Counted from the stretch's first letter, positions 45,009 to 55,851 are shown. The stretch: 64,000 bases of DNA from Myxococcales bacterium (GCA_020633335.1 JACKDU010000002.1:378730-442729); one strand, 5' to 3'. Program-made: numbers and translations. The notes: generated by a model from the letters alone, not told the origin.

Positions 45009-46229
45009 TCAGGCCCCAGCGTCGCGCTGGAGCGCCTCCTCGGCCGCCAGGCGCTCGCGCGGATGGCGGATCGACCCCATGATCGTCCCGCCGCAGCGCG
45101 GGCACTGGGTCATCTCGGGCCGCAGCGGCGCCCCGCATTTGGGCTCGGAGCAGCGGCTCTCGCGGATCAGCGACCCCAGGAGGAGACCGGCGACGCCGAG
45201 GATCACCGCGCCGATCGCCACTTGCCCCATGGTCAGGACCTCTCCCATCTGCGGACGGGTAGCGAGGCCGCCGAGCATCACCGCGGCCATCACCGCGACC
45301 TTGGCGATCCGCAGACCCGCCCGCCGCTCGACCCGAAAGACCGGCTTGCCGAGGTTGGTACCGACGATCCCGCGGTCCTCGACCGCCTCCGAGGCCTCGA
45401 CGCTCGCGCCGGGCTCCTCGTCGGCGAAGGGCGCCGTGAGCTCGGCGAGGGAGGGGGCCTCAGGCCACGCATCGCGGGGCGGGAGGCCGAGGCGCTCGGC
45501 GAGCGGCGGGCGCTCCTCCTCGAGGATCTCGACCGAGCGCCGCACAAACGCGCGCTGGTTGGCCTGGAGTCCGCCGGCGATCGCCTTGAGCGCGCGCGCG
45601 TCGAGCTCGCGGGCGACGATCACCGCGCCGAGGAGGAACGCGACCGCCTTCGGCGACAAGAGACCCTGTCGGCTGGGCCGCGGACGGCCGCTGGCGTAGC
45701 GGTGGGCGGCGTCGACGGTGAGCCGGCCGAAGCCGAGGTAGACCGCGGTGACGTCGATCCGCCGCTGCTCCTCGGTCGCGTCGCGGACCCGCAGCGAGCG
45801 GAGCGAACGGAAGGCGTCGGCGACCGCCCGGGCCGCGGCCGCGACCACCGCCTCGGGATCGGCGAGGAGGGTCCCTTCGACCGCGAAGCGCAGGGTCGCG
45901 CCGCGGGCCTCGACCAGCCAGAGATCGCTGACCCCCGCGAGGTTGCCGCTTGGCCGACCGACGCGGGCGCGCTCGTCGTCGGCGCCGTAGACCTCGACCT
46001 CGACGGTGTCGGCGTCGATCCCCGCGTAGCCGAGGAGGCGCCGGAGGAGGCGACGGACGCTCGCCTTGCCGCCGGCCCAGGGATCGGGGAAGAAACGGGC
46101 GTCGCCGGCGATCAGCGGCGCGACCAGGAGCGGCGCCGGCCCACAGGCCCGCACGAGCTCGGCCAGCGCCCCCAGGAGCCACTCGCGATCGCCGTCCGGC
46201 GGCAGGAGGATGTCACCTTCGGCGACCAT
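45009..46229 (-). CDS. Hypothetical protein with C-terminal TM helices and zinc-ribbon (CSEPKCG...CPRCGG)
   Basis: 406-aa protein-like ORF; the opposite-strand 1220-aa ORF is antisense garbage. Confidence 0.65.
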   Translation of the reverse strand: MVAEGDILLPPDGDREWLLGALAELVRACGPAPLLVAPLIAGDARFFPDPWAGGKASVRRLLRRLLGYAGIDADTVEVEVYGADDERARVGRPSGNLAGVSDLWLVEARGATLRFAVEGTLLADPEAVVAAAARAVADAFRSLRSLRVRDATEEQRRIDVTAVYLGFGRLTVDAAHRYASGRPRPSRQGLLSPKAVAFLLGAVIVARELDARALKAIAGGLQANQRAFVRRSVEILEEERPPLAERLGLPPRDAWPEAPSLAELTAPFADEEPGASVEASEAVEDRGIVGTNLGKPVFRVERRAGLRIAKVAVMAAVMLGGLATRPQMGEVLTMGQVAIGAVILGVAGLLLGSLIRESRCSEPKCGAPLRPEMTQCPRCGGTIMGSIRHPRERLAAEEALQRDAGA

Positions 46230-46268
46230 CGCTGGCGGTGTAGCACGCCTCGGGGGTCGATCCGACGA

Positions 46269-48536
46269 TCAGCCCTCGGCCTCGACCTCGGCCTCGGCCT
46301 CGAAGCGCAGCGGCAGGGAGACGGTGAAGGTCGAGCCGGCGCCGAGCACCGAGGTCGCGGTCACGTCGCCGCCCATGAGCCGGGCGATCCGCCGCGAGAT
46401 CGCCAGACCGAGGCCGGTCCCCGACGACCGCGAGCGCTCCGGCGACTCCCCCTGGACGAAGGGCTCGAAGAGGCTCTCGACCTGATCAGCGGCGATGCCG
46501 ATCCCGGTGTCGCCGACCGCGAAGTCGATCATCGGCGCCGCCTCGTCGCCGCTGGCCGTGACGCTCAGCGAGATCTCGCCACGCTCGGTGAACTTGCAGG
46601 CGTTCGAGAGGAGGTTAAAGAGGAGCTGGCGGACCCGGGTCTTGTCGCTCCGGATCGTCGTCACCGCCGGATCGAGGCGGACGCTCAGGAGGTTGTGATT
46701 CATCGCCACCATCGTCCCGAGGGTGCTCACGACCTCGTCGACCAGCGCCGGGACCTCGAAGTCCTCGACGCTGAGCCGCATCTTGTCGGCCTCGATCTTC
46801 GAGAGATCGAGGATGTCGTTGATCAGCACCAGGAGGTGGCGGCCGGCGGAGGTGATCCGCGTGAGGTCCTTGTAGTAGTCGGCGAGCGCCGCCCGCGATC
46901 CCGTCGCCTCGTCGACGAGCATCTCGGAGTAGCCGATGATCGCGTTGAGCGGGGTCCGGAGCTCGTGGCTCATGTTGGCGAGGAAGAGGCTCTTGACCCG
47001 ATTGGCGGCCTCCGCCTCCTCCTTCGCCCGCTTGAGCGCGATCTCGGCCTCCTTGCGCTCGGTGATGTCGCGGACCGTCGCCTGCAGCACCCGCTCGCCG
47101 CTGTAGTCGAAGGCGGCGAGGAGGACCTCGGCCGGGAAGGCCTCGCCGTCGCGGCGGCGATGGAGCCATTCGAAGTGGACGCTCCCCTCGGCGAAGGCGA
47201 CGTCGATCTTCGCCTGCGCCTGCTCCCGCGAGGACGCGCCGTCGGCCTGGAATTCCGGCGAGAAGTCGGCCGGGTGGGCGCCGACGAAGTCGTCCTTCGA
47301 CGGGATCCCGAACATCTCGAGGGTGCGGGTGTTGCAGTCGAAGAAGCCGTCGCGGCTGAGGAGCATGATCGCGTCGTTCGACCCCTCAAAGATCGCCCGG
47401 AAGCGGCGCTCGCTCGCCTGCAGGGCGTCGAGCGCCGCCCGCCGCTCGGTGATGTCGCGGACCGTCGCCTGCAGCACCCGCTCGCCGCCGTAGTCGAAGG
47501 CGGTGAGGAGGACCTCGGCCGGGAAGTCGACGCCGCCCTGGCGGCGGTGGATCCACTCGAAGCGCCGGCTCCCGTCGGCGAAGGCGGCCTCGATGTGGGC
47601 CTGAGCGGCCGTCCACGAGTCGTCGCCGCCGGGCTGGGACGGCGGCGAGAAGTCGCCGGGGTGGGCGCCTACGAAGGCGACCTTCGACCCGAGCCCGAAC
47701 ATCTCGAGGGTGCGGGTGTTGCAGTCGAAGAAGCCGTCGCGGTTGAGGAGCATGATCGCGTCGTTCGAGCCCTCGAAGATCGCCTGGAACTTGCCCTCGC
47801 GCTCGCGGATCGCCTGGGTCGAGCGCTCACGCTCGCTGAGATCGCGGACCGTCGCGATCAACGCGATCCGACCGCCGTAGGAGAAGCGACGGAGCGAGAC
47901 CAGCGCGGGGAAGGTGCTGCCGTCGGCGCGGGTGTGGACCCAGTCGAACTCGATCGACCCGCGGGCCACCGCCACGTCGATCCACTGCGCGGCCGCCCGC
48001 AGCGAGTCGACGCCGCCGGGCTGGGTGGCCGGCGAGAGCTCGCCGGGGTGGCGGCCGATGAAGCTCGCCCGCTCGGCGACGCCGAAGAGCTCGAGGGTCC
48101 GCGCGTTGCAGTCGAAGAAGCCGTCGGTGGTGAGGAGCATCACCGCGTCGTTCGACGAGTCGAAGACCGCCCGGAACTTGCGGGCGTCGTCCCCCTCGCC
48201 GCCGGCCGCGGAGATCAGCGCGTCGCGGCTGCGGCCGAGGATCTCGGCGACCCGCCGGGCGTCCGCCAGCGTCTCGGCCGCGTCGACCAGGTTGACCTCG
48301 ACGACGTCGAGCGCCGCCGCGACCTCGCGCGGGAAGCAGGCGTCGAGGAGCGAGACGACGTGCTGGACGACGCGGTGGACGTCGGCCCCGTCGATCGCCT
48401 CGACCACCCGGCTCCAGAGGTGATCGGCCCAGACGTCGACGTCAAAGGTCCGCGACCGATCGCTCCGCAAGGCGCCGGCGACTTCGGCCACCAGGCGGGT
48501 GCGCTCCTTCCAGATCAGCGGGACAATCGACGGCAT
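46269..48536 (-). CDS. Sensor histidine kinase with three PAS domains
   Basis: Internal ATG of track ORF 46269-49139. Three repeats of FEGSNDAIMLL..DGFFDCNTRTLEMFG. H-box SHELRTPLNAI; HATPase motifs NLLSNACKF, DTGIGI, GTGLGLAI. Confidence 0.9.
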   Translation of the reverse strand: MPSIVPLIWKERTRLVAEVAGALRSDRSRTFDVDVWADHLWSRVVEAIDGADVHRVVQHVVSLLDACFPREVAAALDVVEVNLVDAAETLADARRVAEILGRSRDALISAAGGEGDDARKFRAVFDSSNDAVMLLTTDGFFDCNARTLELFGVAERASFIGRHPGELSPATQPGGVDSLRAAAQWIDVAVARGSIEFDWVHTRADGSTFPALVSLRRFSYGGRIALIATVRDLSERERSTQAIREREGKFQAIFEGSNDAIMLLNRDGFFDCNTRTLEMFGLGSKVAFVGAHPGDFSPPSQPGGDDSWTAAQAHIEAAFADGSRRFEWIHRRQGGVDFPAEVLLTAFDYGGERVLQATVRDITERRAALDALQASERRFRAIFEGSNDAIMLLSRDGFFDCNTRTLEMFGIPSKDDFVGAHPADFSPEFQADGASSREQAQAKIDVAFAEGSVHFEWLHRRRDGEAFPAEVLLAAFDYSGERVLQATVRDITERKEAEIALKRAKEEAEAANRVKSLFLANMSHELRTPLNAIIGYSEMLVDEATGSRAALADYYKDLTRITSAGRHLLVLINDILDLSKIEADKMRLSVEDFEVPALVDEVVSTLGTMVAMNHNLLSVRLDPAVTTIRSDKTRVRQLLFNLLSNACKFTERGEISLSVTASGDEAAPMIDFAVGDTGIGIAADQVESLFEPFVQGESPERSRSSGTGLGLAISRRIARLMGGDVTATSVLGAGSTFTVSLPLRFEAEAEVEAEG

Positions 48537-48663
48537 CAGCGACGACAATCGATTGTAGCCGGGTTCCCGTGCTCGTTGGCCGACCCTTCCCCGGCAAAGC
48601 GCGCGCGCTCTGCCGCGCATCCGCCGGTCGCGGGCCGTCCGCGACCGTGCTAGGGATTCGCCC

Positions 48664-49653
48664 ATGCAGATCCTCGCCGGCGACATCGGCGGCACCAAGA
48701 CTGACCTCGCCCTCCTCCGCGTCGACCCATCGGGGGAGAGCGCCCCCCGCGAGCTCGCGTCGGCGCGCTTTCGCAGCGCCGAGCACTCCGGCCTGTCGGC
48801 GATGGTCGACGCCTTCCTCGGCGGAGCGTCGGCGACGATCGAGCGCGCGGCCTTCGGCGTCGCCGGTCCGGTGGTCGGCGACGTCTGCACGACCACCAAC
48901 CTCCCCTGGCGGATCGACGCCGCCGAGCTCGCGCGCGGGCTCGGGATCCCTCGCGTCCGCCTCCTCAACGACTTCCACGCGCTCGCGCTCGGAATCGGCG
49001 TCCTCGGCCCGAACCAGGTGGAGATCCTCCAGGCGGGCGAGGTCGACCCGAGCGGGCCGCAGGCGATCATCGGCGCCGGCACCGGCCTCGGCGAGGCGAT
49101 CCTCGTGCCGACGCCGAGCGGGCCGCGGGTGATCGCCACCGAGGGCGGCCACGCCGACTTCGCCCCCCGCGACGCGATCGAGCTCCGCCTCCTCCGCCGC
49201 CTCCTCGATCGCCACCAGCACGTCTCCTACGAGCGCCTGGTCTCGGGGACAGGGATCGCGACGATCTACGAGCTCCTGGTCGCCGAGGGGCTGGTCGCCG
49301 AGTCGGCGGCGACCCGCGCGCGCCTCGGCGCCGAGGACCCGGCGGCGGTGATCGGCGAGCTCGCGCTCGCCGGCGCGGATCCGGCCTGCGTCGCCGCCGT
49401 CGATCGCTTCGTCGCGATCTACGGGGCCGAGGCCGGCAACCTCGCGCTCAAGACGCTGCCGCGCGGCGGCCTCTACGTCGCCGGCGGGATCGCCCCCAAG
49501 CTCCTGCCGATCCTCCGCCGCGGCGCCTTCGTCGAGGCGCTCTGCGCCAAGGGGCGGATGGAGCCGCTCCTCCGTCGCCTCCAGGTGGCGGTGGTCACCG
49601 AGCCGCGGGTCGGCCTCCTCGGGGCCGCCCGCGCCGCCGCCGAGGGGCTCTAG
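48664..49653 (+). CDS. glk: Glucokinase
   Basis: MQILAGDIGGTKTDLAL, plus NDFHALALG typical of the Glk/ROK fold; 329 aa. Confidence 0.85.
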   Translation: MQILAGDIGGTKTDLALLRVDPSGESAPRELASARFRSAEHSGLSAMVDAFLGGASATIERAAFGVAGPVVGDVCTTTNLPWRIDAAELARGLGIPRVRLLNDFHALALGIGVLGPNQVEILQAGEVDPSGPQAIIGAGTGLGEAILVPTPSGPRVIATEGGHADFAPRDAIELRLLRRLLDRHQHVSYERLVSGTGIATIYELLVAEGLVAESAATRARLGAEDPAAVIGELALAGADPACVAAVDRFVAIYGAEAGNLALKTLPRGGLYVAGGIAPKLLPILRRGAFVEALCAKGRMEPLLRRLQVAVVTEPRVGLLGAARAAAEGL

Positions 49654-49666
49654 GCGCGAGAGAACA

Positions 49667-49688
49667 AGCCTGTCCCCGAGGACAGGCT
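49667..49688. repeat. Perfect 9-4-9 palindrome AGCCTGTCC-ccga-GGACAGGCT
   Basis: In the 47-nt convergent gap between glk and the acylase gene. Confidence 0.6.
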
Positions 49689-49700
49689 CGATCCCCTCCC

Positions 49701-52289
49701 CTACTCCGGCTTGAGGGTCACGGTCGCCTCGACGTCGGCGTCGACCTCGTCGCGGGTGAAGGGGAGGCGGTGGTACTCGCCCGCGACCCACTCGTCGAGG
49801 CCGTCGGCCCAGTGTGGGCTCGTCGGCTCGCCGCTGTTGCCCCGCGGGAAGTTGAGGTAGGTGACCGGGAGCCCGTCATCGTCGAACTCGGTGACGATCC
49901 GGAAGACCGGCCCGTCGTGCGAGTCGAAGCGGCCGGCGATCTCGCCCATCTCGTCGTGGTACTTCGACGACGAGACGTTGACCGTGTCCTCGCCGCCGTC
50001 GACCGGCGTCCACGGGCTGTCGAGGTCGCCCCCGTAGGGGTTGCGGAAGTGGGCGCCGTGGCGATCGCCCCAGGCGTAGCCCGCGGGATCGACCCCGCCG
50101 AACTCGGTCGTCAGCCAATTCGCCGCCTCCGCGAGGCCGCGGAGGATCAGCACGTCGCGCCCCTGCTGGAGGATCGAGTCGCCCTCCGGGTAGGCGCCGC
50201 TGTAGAGGAGCATGCCGAACTTGATGATGTAGACCGGCGCGGCCGACAAGACCTGCTCGTAGAAGGCCTCCGGCAGGTCGTCGCGGAGCGCGGCGATCGT
50301 CGCCTCGTGGGCGAAGACGTGGAAGGCGAGCGCGGCCGCCGAGTCGCGGCGCATCTGCCGGTCCCAGTCCTGGGTCATCAGCTTGACCAGCGCGTCGAGC
50401 TCGGGGCGGCCGCGGAACTCCATCAGCGCGTCGTCGGTGTCGACCCGCGAGTACGCGTCCTCGAGCGCCGTCAGCATGACCTCGGCGTTGAGCGAGTAGG
50501 CGTCGTTCTGCAGCGCCTTCATCGAGTCGACGGTGACCGGGCCGGCGCTGGTGAGGAGCCCCAGTTGATCCTCGATCCGCTTGGCCCGGTAGCCCGGCGC
50601 GAAGTAGGTGCCGTAGTACCAGGGGTCGTTGCCGACGTCGCCGTCGCCGGTGAAGCCCCAGGGGTCGTTGTTGGCGGTAACGATGAAGCCGGTCTGGGCG
50701 GCCCGCGAGGCCGGCATCTTGTCGCGGCCGAGCCAGGTCCCGGTCCAGTAGGAGCCGACGTCGTCGCCGTCGATCACCTGGAAGGGCATCGGCCGCGCGC
50801 TCGGATCACCGCGATCGGGGATCAGCACGTGGACCCGGTAGGAGATGTCCTGGGCGTCGGCCGAGACGAAGTTGAAGGTGCCGACCTCCATCGTGTCGAC
50901 CGCCTCCTCGTACTCGCTCACCGAGCCCGCCCGCATCATCCGCAGGAAGGCCAGCGCCTCGTTGGTCGCCCGGAAGCCGGTCCAATTGAAGAGGACCTTG
51001 CGCCCGGGATCGACGAGGAGCGCCTCGTCGAGGAGGTAGTTGTCGATCAGGAGGCCGTAGCCCGGGACCTCGCGGATCGTCATCGCCCGATCGGCCGCGC
51101 CCTTCACCTTGATCACCTCGTCGCGGGTGACGATCGCGACCTCCTGGCCGGCGACGTTCGCCTTGGTCTCGTCGCCCGAGAGGGTGATGCTCCAGAGATC
51201 CATGACGTCGGCGAAGCCGGTGGTCGCCGCCCACTGCACCTTGCGGTTGTGCCCGAGCTGGACCCCGGGGGCGCCGACGAAGCCGAAGCCGGCGACGTCG
51301 ACGTTGCCCGCCCGATCCGCGGAGTTGAGGTGGAGGGCGTACATCACCGACGGCGACTCGAGGGGCTGGTGGGGATCGTTGCAGATGATCGGCCGGCCGT
51401 TCTCGGTGAATTGGCCGCTCACCGCCCAGTTGTTCGAGCCCTGGATCCGGATCCCGTCCATCTTCGCCCGGAACTCGCGGAGCGCCTCGGGGAGCCGCTC
51501 GCGGAGCTCCGCCGGCATCGCCCGCGGAGGCGCGGCGAGGCCCTTGGCGGGCGCCTTGCCGACGCTCGGCGCCGGTCGATCCTCGGGCGGCACGGTGAAG
51601 GTCTGGAAGGCCGGCTTCGGCAGCTCGATCGCGTCGAGGAGCGAGGTCCAGCGGCCGACGACCGTCGCCAGGAGCTCGTTCTCCACCGAGTTCGAGTTGC
51701 CGAAGGTGATCAGCTTGGCGATGACGAAGGGGTCGTCGTTGGTCCAGGGCTCGGGCATGTAGTCGAGCTCCCCGGGGCCGAAGCCGTAGGGGAGCGGCGC
51801 CTCGCCGGCCTCGATCTCGGCGATCCGCCGGTTGACGCCGGCGACCCAGGAGACGAAGAGCTTGTACTCCTCGGGGTTCTCGTCGCGGAGGCGGGCCGCG
51901 TCCTCGGCCCCCCAGCGGGCGAAGTCCATCAGGCGGGCGAGCTCGTCGTCGCCGAGGCGACCCGAGCCGAGCACCTCGGCCCGCCGCCCGTGGGCCCGCC
52001 GCCGCATCAGGTCGAGCTGGAAGAGGCGATCGGTCGCCACCTGATAGCCGGCGGCGTAGAGGAGATCGAAGTCGTTGGCCGCGTAGATGTGGGGGACGCC
52101 GCGGGTGTCGATCTTGATCTCGACCTCGTCCGCGAGGCCCGGGAAGGTCTCGAGATCCTCCCACGCGAGGCCGGCGGTGCCGCCCTCCCCTTCGGTGTCT
52201 CCGTCGCCGCCGCTGCAGGCGAGGAGGAGGGCGAGAGCGGCGGAGCTGAGGGTCGTGCAGGCGCGTCGTAGGGTCTTCAACATGGCCAA
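49701..52289 (-). CDS. Penicillin-amidase (Ntn-hydrolase) family lipoprotein, possibly an acyl-homoserine-lactone or beta-lactam acylase
   Basis: Lipobox LLLACSG. Nucleophile region GSNNWAVSG; size (862 aa) and motifs fit the penicillin acylase family. Confidence 0.85.
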   Translation of the reverse strand: MAMLKTLRRACTTLSSAALALLLACSGGDGDTEGEGGTAGLAWEDLETFPGLADEVEIKIDTRGVPHIYAANDFDLLYAAGYQVATDRLFQLDLMRRRAHGRRAEVLGSGRLGDDELARLMDFARWGAEDAARLRDENPEEYKLFVSWVAGVNRRIAEIEAGEAPLPYGFGPGELDYMPEPWTNDDPFVIAKLITFGNSNSVENELLATVVGRWTSLLDAIELPKPAFQTFTVPPEDRPAPSVGKAPAKGLAAPPRAMPAELRERLPEALREFRAKMDGIRIQGSNNWAVSGQFTENGRPIICNDPHQPLESPSVMYALHLNSADRAGNVDVAGFGFVGAPGVQLGHNRKVQWAATTGFADVMDLWSITLSGDETKANVAGQEVAIVTRDEVIKVKGAADRAMTIREVPGYGLLIDNYLLDEALLVDPGRKVLFNWTGFRATNEALAFLRMMRAGSVSEYEEAVDTMEVGTFNFVSADAQDISYRVHVLIPDRGDPSARPMPFQVIDGDDVGSYWTGTWLGRDKMPASRAAQTGFIVTANNDPWGFTGDGDVGNDPWYYGTYFAPGYRAKRIEDQLGLLTSAGPVTVDSMKALQNDAYSLNAEVMLTALEDAYSRVDTDDALMEFRGRPELDALVKLMTQDWDRQMRRDSAAALAFHVFAHEATIAALRDDLPEAFYEQVLSAAPVYIIKFGMLLYSGAYPEGDSILQQGRDVLILRGLAEAANWLTTEFGGVDPAGYAWGDRHGAHFRNPYGGDLDSPWTPVDGGEDTVNVSSSKYHDEMGEIAGRFDSHDGPVFRIVTEFDDDGLPVTYLNFPRGNSGEPTSPHWADGLDEWVAGEYHRLPFTRDEVDADVEATVTLKPE

Positions 52290-52428
52290 GTCCTTGAACC
52301 CGTGACCGGCCCGCGGGCGCGGCCTCGAGGCGCCCGGAGTCTATCAGCACGGCGCGGCGACGCGCGCGATCCGGTCGCCCTCGACGGGGCCGCGACGTCG
52401 GGGGCTCGCCACCCCGACGCTCATCACC

Positions 52429-53391
52429 TCACTTCGGCATCGCCACGATCCACGCGACGTGGTGCCCGCACGACGCGTTGGGATCGAGCGCGCTGTGCAC
52501 GTGGGTCTGCAGGGCCTTGCACTTGTGCACCCCGCAGAACCCCTCCTCCAGCTCCAGGATCTCGATCTGGGGCGCCTCCCAGCGGAGCGTGAAGGTCCCC
52601 TCCGGCGGATCGCAGGTCACCGGATCTGGGACGCAGCCCGGGCCCGTGGCGTTCGGGCTCAGATCATGGAGGAGGGGCGCGGGCTTGGGCAGCGAGACCA
52701 CGCCCTGGCCGGCGACGTAGAGGGGATCGAGCGCGTTCATCGCCTCGGGGTTGGGCCCCTGGAAGATCTGGTAGGCCGCGAACTCGCAGACGCCGCCCCG
52801 CTCGACGAAGTGGAGGAAGACCCGCGCGCAGGCGTCTGGGGGGAGCACCGGGGCGTAGCCGTCGGGCCACTTCGCCAAGACCTTGACCCAGCTCTCGACC
52901 GGGCTCCCCTTGCAGGCGAAGTCGTCGGCGACGACCTTGATCCCGCCGTCGATCGCGCTGATCGCCCCGGTGAAGAAGCGGATCTCGCCGCAATTCGGCG
53001 GCTCTGGGATCGCAAAGCCCGGCTCGACGTCCGAGAGCTCGAGGAGGAGGAAGGGCGCGAGCGAGTCGTCGACCTCGCAGACCAGGCCACCGGTGGTGCT
53101 GGTGTCGGTCGTGCCGCTGGTGATCGGCTCGCTCGTCGACGTGTCGGCGGCGGTCGTCGGATCGGTGGTCGAGGTGCCGCCGCTGCCGGCGCTCGTGGTC
53201 GACGTGCTCGCGCTCGTGCTCGTGCTCGTCGCGCTCGCGGACCCGTCGCTCGCGCTCACCTGCGAGTCGGAGCTGACGGTCTCCCCGCCGGTGGTCTTGC
53301 CGGTGGTCGCGTACTCGTGCCAGGCCGGGTTGTCCATCGGACAGCCGAGCAGCACGAGGCCGACCGCGGCCATGGGGAGTACGCGGGCCAT
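52429..53391 (-). CDS. Lipoprotein with Ser/Thr-rich linker and Cys-containing C-terminal domain, hypothetical
   Basis: Signal peptide and lipobox MARVLPMAAVGLVLLGC; S/T-rich low-complexity linker. Start chosen at an internal Met. Confidence 0.65.
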   Translation of the reverse strand: MARVLPMAAVGLVLLGCPMDNPAWHEYATTGKTTGGETVSSDSQVSASDGSASATSTSTSASTSTTSAGSGGTSTTDPTTAADTSTSEPITSGTTDTSTTGGLVCEVDDSLAPFLLLELSDVEPGFAIPEPPNCGEIRFFTGAISAIDGGIKVVADDFACKGSPVESWVKVLAKWPDGYAPVLPPDACARVFLHFVERGGVCEFAAYQIFQGPNPEAMNALDPLYVAGQGVVSLPKPAPLLHDLSPNATGPGCVPDPVTCDPPEGTFTLRWEAPQIEILELEEGFCGVHKCKALQTHVHSALDPNASCGHHVAWIVAMPK

Positions 53392-53467
53392 GAGGCGATG
53401 GTAGCCGCCCGCGCCCCGGCCGGCCATCGGCGATTGGGGCGCTCGCCGACCGCGCGGCCGGCCGGCC

Positions 53468-55201
53468 CTACATCGAGATCGAGCCCTTGCGGAAGTCGGT
53501 GGTCGCCAGGTGGGCGTTGATCAGCACCGGCTTGCCGGCGCGCGCCGCCTCCTTGGCGGCCGCCAGGACCGGCTCGATCTCGGCGCTCTCGCCGATCACG
53601 AAGCCGACGCCGCCGAATCCCTCGGCCGCGCGGTGGTAGTCGGTCCGCGCGAGCGGACAGCCGACATCATCGCCGAGGATCTCGACCTGCTCGCGGGCGA
53701 TCTGCGACCAGCAGGCGTCGTTGCCGACGACCGCGATCACCGGCACGCCGTGGCGCGCGAAGGTGTCGAACTCGGCGAGGCTGTAGCCGACCGAGCCGTC
53801 GCCGTAGAGGATCCAGGTCTCGGCCTCGGGGCGCGCGAGCTTGGCCCCGAGGGCGAATCCCGCGCCCACGCCGAGGGTGCCGAAGACCCCGGGATCGAGC
53901 CAGCGGAGCGGCCCCCGCGGGCTCATCGTGTAGGACGCGGTGGCGACGAAGTCCCCGCCGTCCGCGACCAGCACCGAGTCCTCCTCGAGGACCGCGTCCA
54001 TCCGCCGGCAGAGGTCGACCGGGTTGACCATCTTCTCGGCGGGCGTGGCCTTGGCCGCGATCTCGACCTCGCGGTCGTTGTCGGCGGCGCGCAGGCGATC
54101 GATCCAGTCGCCGTGGCGACCCGCGCTCGGCAGCGCCGCCGCCAGGCGGATCAGGAAGCGGCCGGCGTCGCCGTGGGCCGCGACGTCCGGCCGGCGGTTG
54201 CGCTGCATCTCCTCCATGCTCCGGTTGGCGGCGATGTAGGTCGCGCGCGAGGGGATGTGGCGCCCGTACTCGAGGCGGAAGTCGGCCGGGACCCCGGCGA
54301 GGATCACCAGGTCGGCCTGCTTGAGTGCGTTGCGCCGGCCGTGACGCATCTGCAGGGTGTGGCCGACGCCGAGGAGGCCGCGGGCCATCCCCGAGAGGTA
54401 GACCGGGATCCCGAGCCCCTCGATCGCCCGCGCGAGCGCGTCGGCCTCGCCCGGGGAGACCAGCGCCTGCGAGCCCACCAGGAGGACCGGCCGCTCGGCG
54501 GCCGCGAGCGCCTTGGCGGCGGCCTTCACCGACGCCGGGCTCGGCTCGGGGAGCGCGATCGTCGGCGCCTCGGCGACCGACTGCCGATCGGCGCCGGCGA
54601 AGAGGCGCCAGGTGTGGGCGCCGAGGTAGGCGGCCATCGCCCGCTCCTGCATCGTCGGCGAGCGACCCGGCTTCGACTTGGCGCCGTACCAGCTCTTGAC
54701 CACCGAGGCCTCGTAGAGGAGGTCGACCGGCACCTCGATGAAGACCGGCCCGGGCACCCCGGCCTGGGCGACCTGGAAGGCGTGCTCGACGACGCCGACG
54801 AGATCACGGACCCGCCGCACCGAGGTCGCCCACTTCACGTGGGGCCGCATCAGCGCCATCTGATCGATGTCCTGGAGCGCCCCGCGGCCGCGGAGCACCG
54901 TCGCCGTCGCGCCGCCAAAGAGGATCAGCGGCGACTGGGCGAGCTGCGCGTTCTTGACCGCGGTGATCGTGTTGGTGAGGCCAGGGCCGGCGGTCACCGC
55001 CGCGACCCCCGGGACCCCGGTGAGGCGGGCGACGGCGTCGGCGGCGAAGACCGCGTTGACCTCGTGGCGGACGTCGATCACCGAGATCCCGCGGCGCTTG
55101 GCGCCCACCAGGATCGGCGAGATGTGCCCCCCGCAGAGGGTAAAGAGCCAGCGCACGCCCTGCTTGTGCAGGACCTCGGCAATCCAGGCGCCACCGTCCA
55201 T
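53468..55201 (-). CDS. Thiamine-diphosphate-dependent enzyme (acetolactate synthase large-subunit/benzoylformate-decarboxylase-like)
   Basis: TPP-enzyme N-terminal domain ([18 protein letters not shown]) and C-terminal TPP motif GDGSVGYS...NN; 577 aa. Confidence 0.85.
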   Translation of the reverse strand: MDGGAWIAEVLHKQGVRWLFTLCGGHISPILVGAKRRGISVIDVRHEVNAVFAADAVARLTGVPGVAAVTAGPGLTNTITAVKNAQLAQSPLILFGGATATVLRGRGALQDIDQMALMRPHVKWATSVRRVRDLVGVVEHAFQVAQAGVPGPVFIEVPVDLLYEASVVKSWYGAKSKPGRSPTMQERAMAAYLGAHTWRLFAGADRQSVAEAPTIALPEPSPASVKAAAKALAAAERPVLLVGSQALVSPGEADALARAIEGLGIPVYLSGMARGLLGVGHTLQMRHGRRNALKQADLVILAGVPADFRLEYGRHIPSRATYIAANRSMEEMQRNRRPDVAAHGDAGRFLIRLAAALPSAGRHGDWIDRLRAADNDREVEIAAKATPAEKMVNPVDLCRRMDAVLEEDSVLVADGGDFVATASYTMSPRGPLRWLDPGVFGTLGVGAGFALGAKLARPEAETWILYGDGSVGYSLAEFDTFARHGVPVIAVVGNDACWSQIAREQVEILGDDVGCPLARTDYHRAAEGFGGVGFVIGESAEIEPVLAAAKEAARAGKPVLINAHLATTDFRKGSISM

Positions 55202-55218
55202 CGCGTCCTCCTCAGAAG

Positions 55219-55620
55219 TCAGCCCGCGCCGCGGCGGGCGAGCACGTGGGTCTCGAGCACAAAGCAGGTGAGCTCGCCGCTGAGGACGACCTCGTCCCCG
55301 CGGCGGACCTCGACGCTCACCCGCCGCTTCTTGCCGCCCTCGCCGGCGGCCTCCGTGGCGATCGCCACGACCTCGTCGCCGACGACCACCGGCTTCAGGA
55401 AGCGGAGCTCGGCGCCGCCGAGGACGACGTTGGGGTGGTTGACCGCGAGCATCGCCGCGTAGTCGGCGAGGCCGAAGATGAAGCCGCCGTGGACGAGGCC
55501 GTGCTCGTCGGCGGCCATCTCCGGCAGGGTCGTCAGGGCGACCTCGGCCCGCCCGGGGCTGAGGGCGATCGGCGCGCCGACCAGGCGAGGGCTGATCTGA
55601 AGGTGGGTCCGGGCTTCCAT
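55219..55620 (-). CDS. Hotdog-fold thioesterase (PaaI/YbgC-like)
   Basis: Internal ATG of track ORF 55219-56256. [21 protein letters not shown] motif; the rest of the track ORF is antisense low-complexity. Confidence 0.7.
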   Translation of the reverse strand: MEARTHLQISPRLVGAPIALSPGRAEVALTTLPEMAADEHGLVHGGFIFGLADYAAMLAVNHPNVVLGGAELRFLKPVVVGDEVVAIATEAAGEGGKKRRVSVEVRRGDEVVLSGELTCFVLETHVLARRGAG

Positions 55621-55851
55621 CGGGTCGATCGCGCGCCGCGAGTGGCGCGCCTTATAGCACGCTGACCCGCGGCCGTCGCCCCGCGCGCCGCCCCGGCGAG
55701 GTCGTCCGGGACCCCCAAGAATGGGCGTCTGCGGGCCACGGGCGCCGATGGGGGCGCGCGGCGGGGGGCCCGGACCTGGCGGCGGCGCCACCGCCGCGAG
55801 CACGCAGAGCGCCGGGCGACGCGCCCGCGACTCCCCGGCTACCATGGGCGA

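Noticed and set aside
44991-48653. 1220-aa + strand ORF 44991-48653
   Set aside because: It is antisense to the PAS3 histidine kinase and the zinc-ribbon membrane protein, and its translation is R/G/D/E-rich with no motifs.
49770-52350. Overlapping ORFs 49770-52271 (+) and 50806-52350 (-)
   Set aside because: Both are out-of-frame or antisense shadows of the penicillin-acylase-family gene, whose frame contains the GSNNWAVSG Ntn-hydrolase signature.
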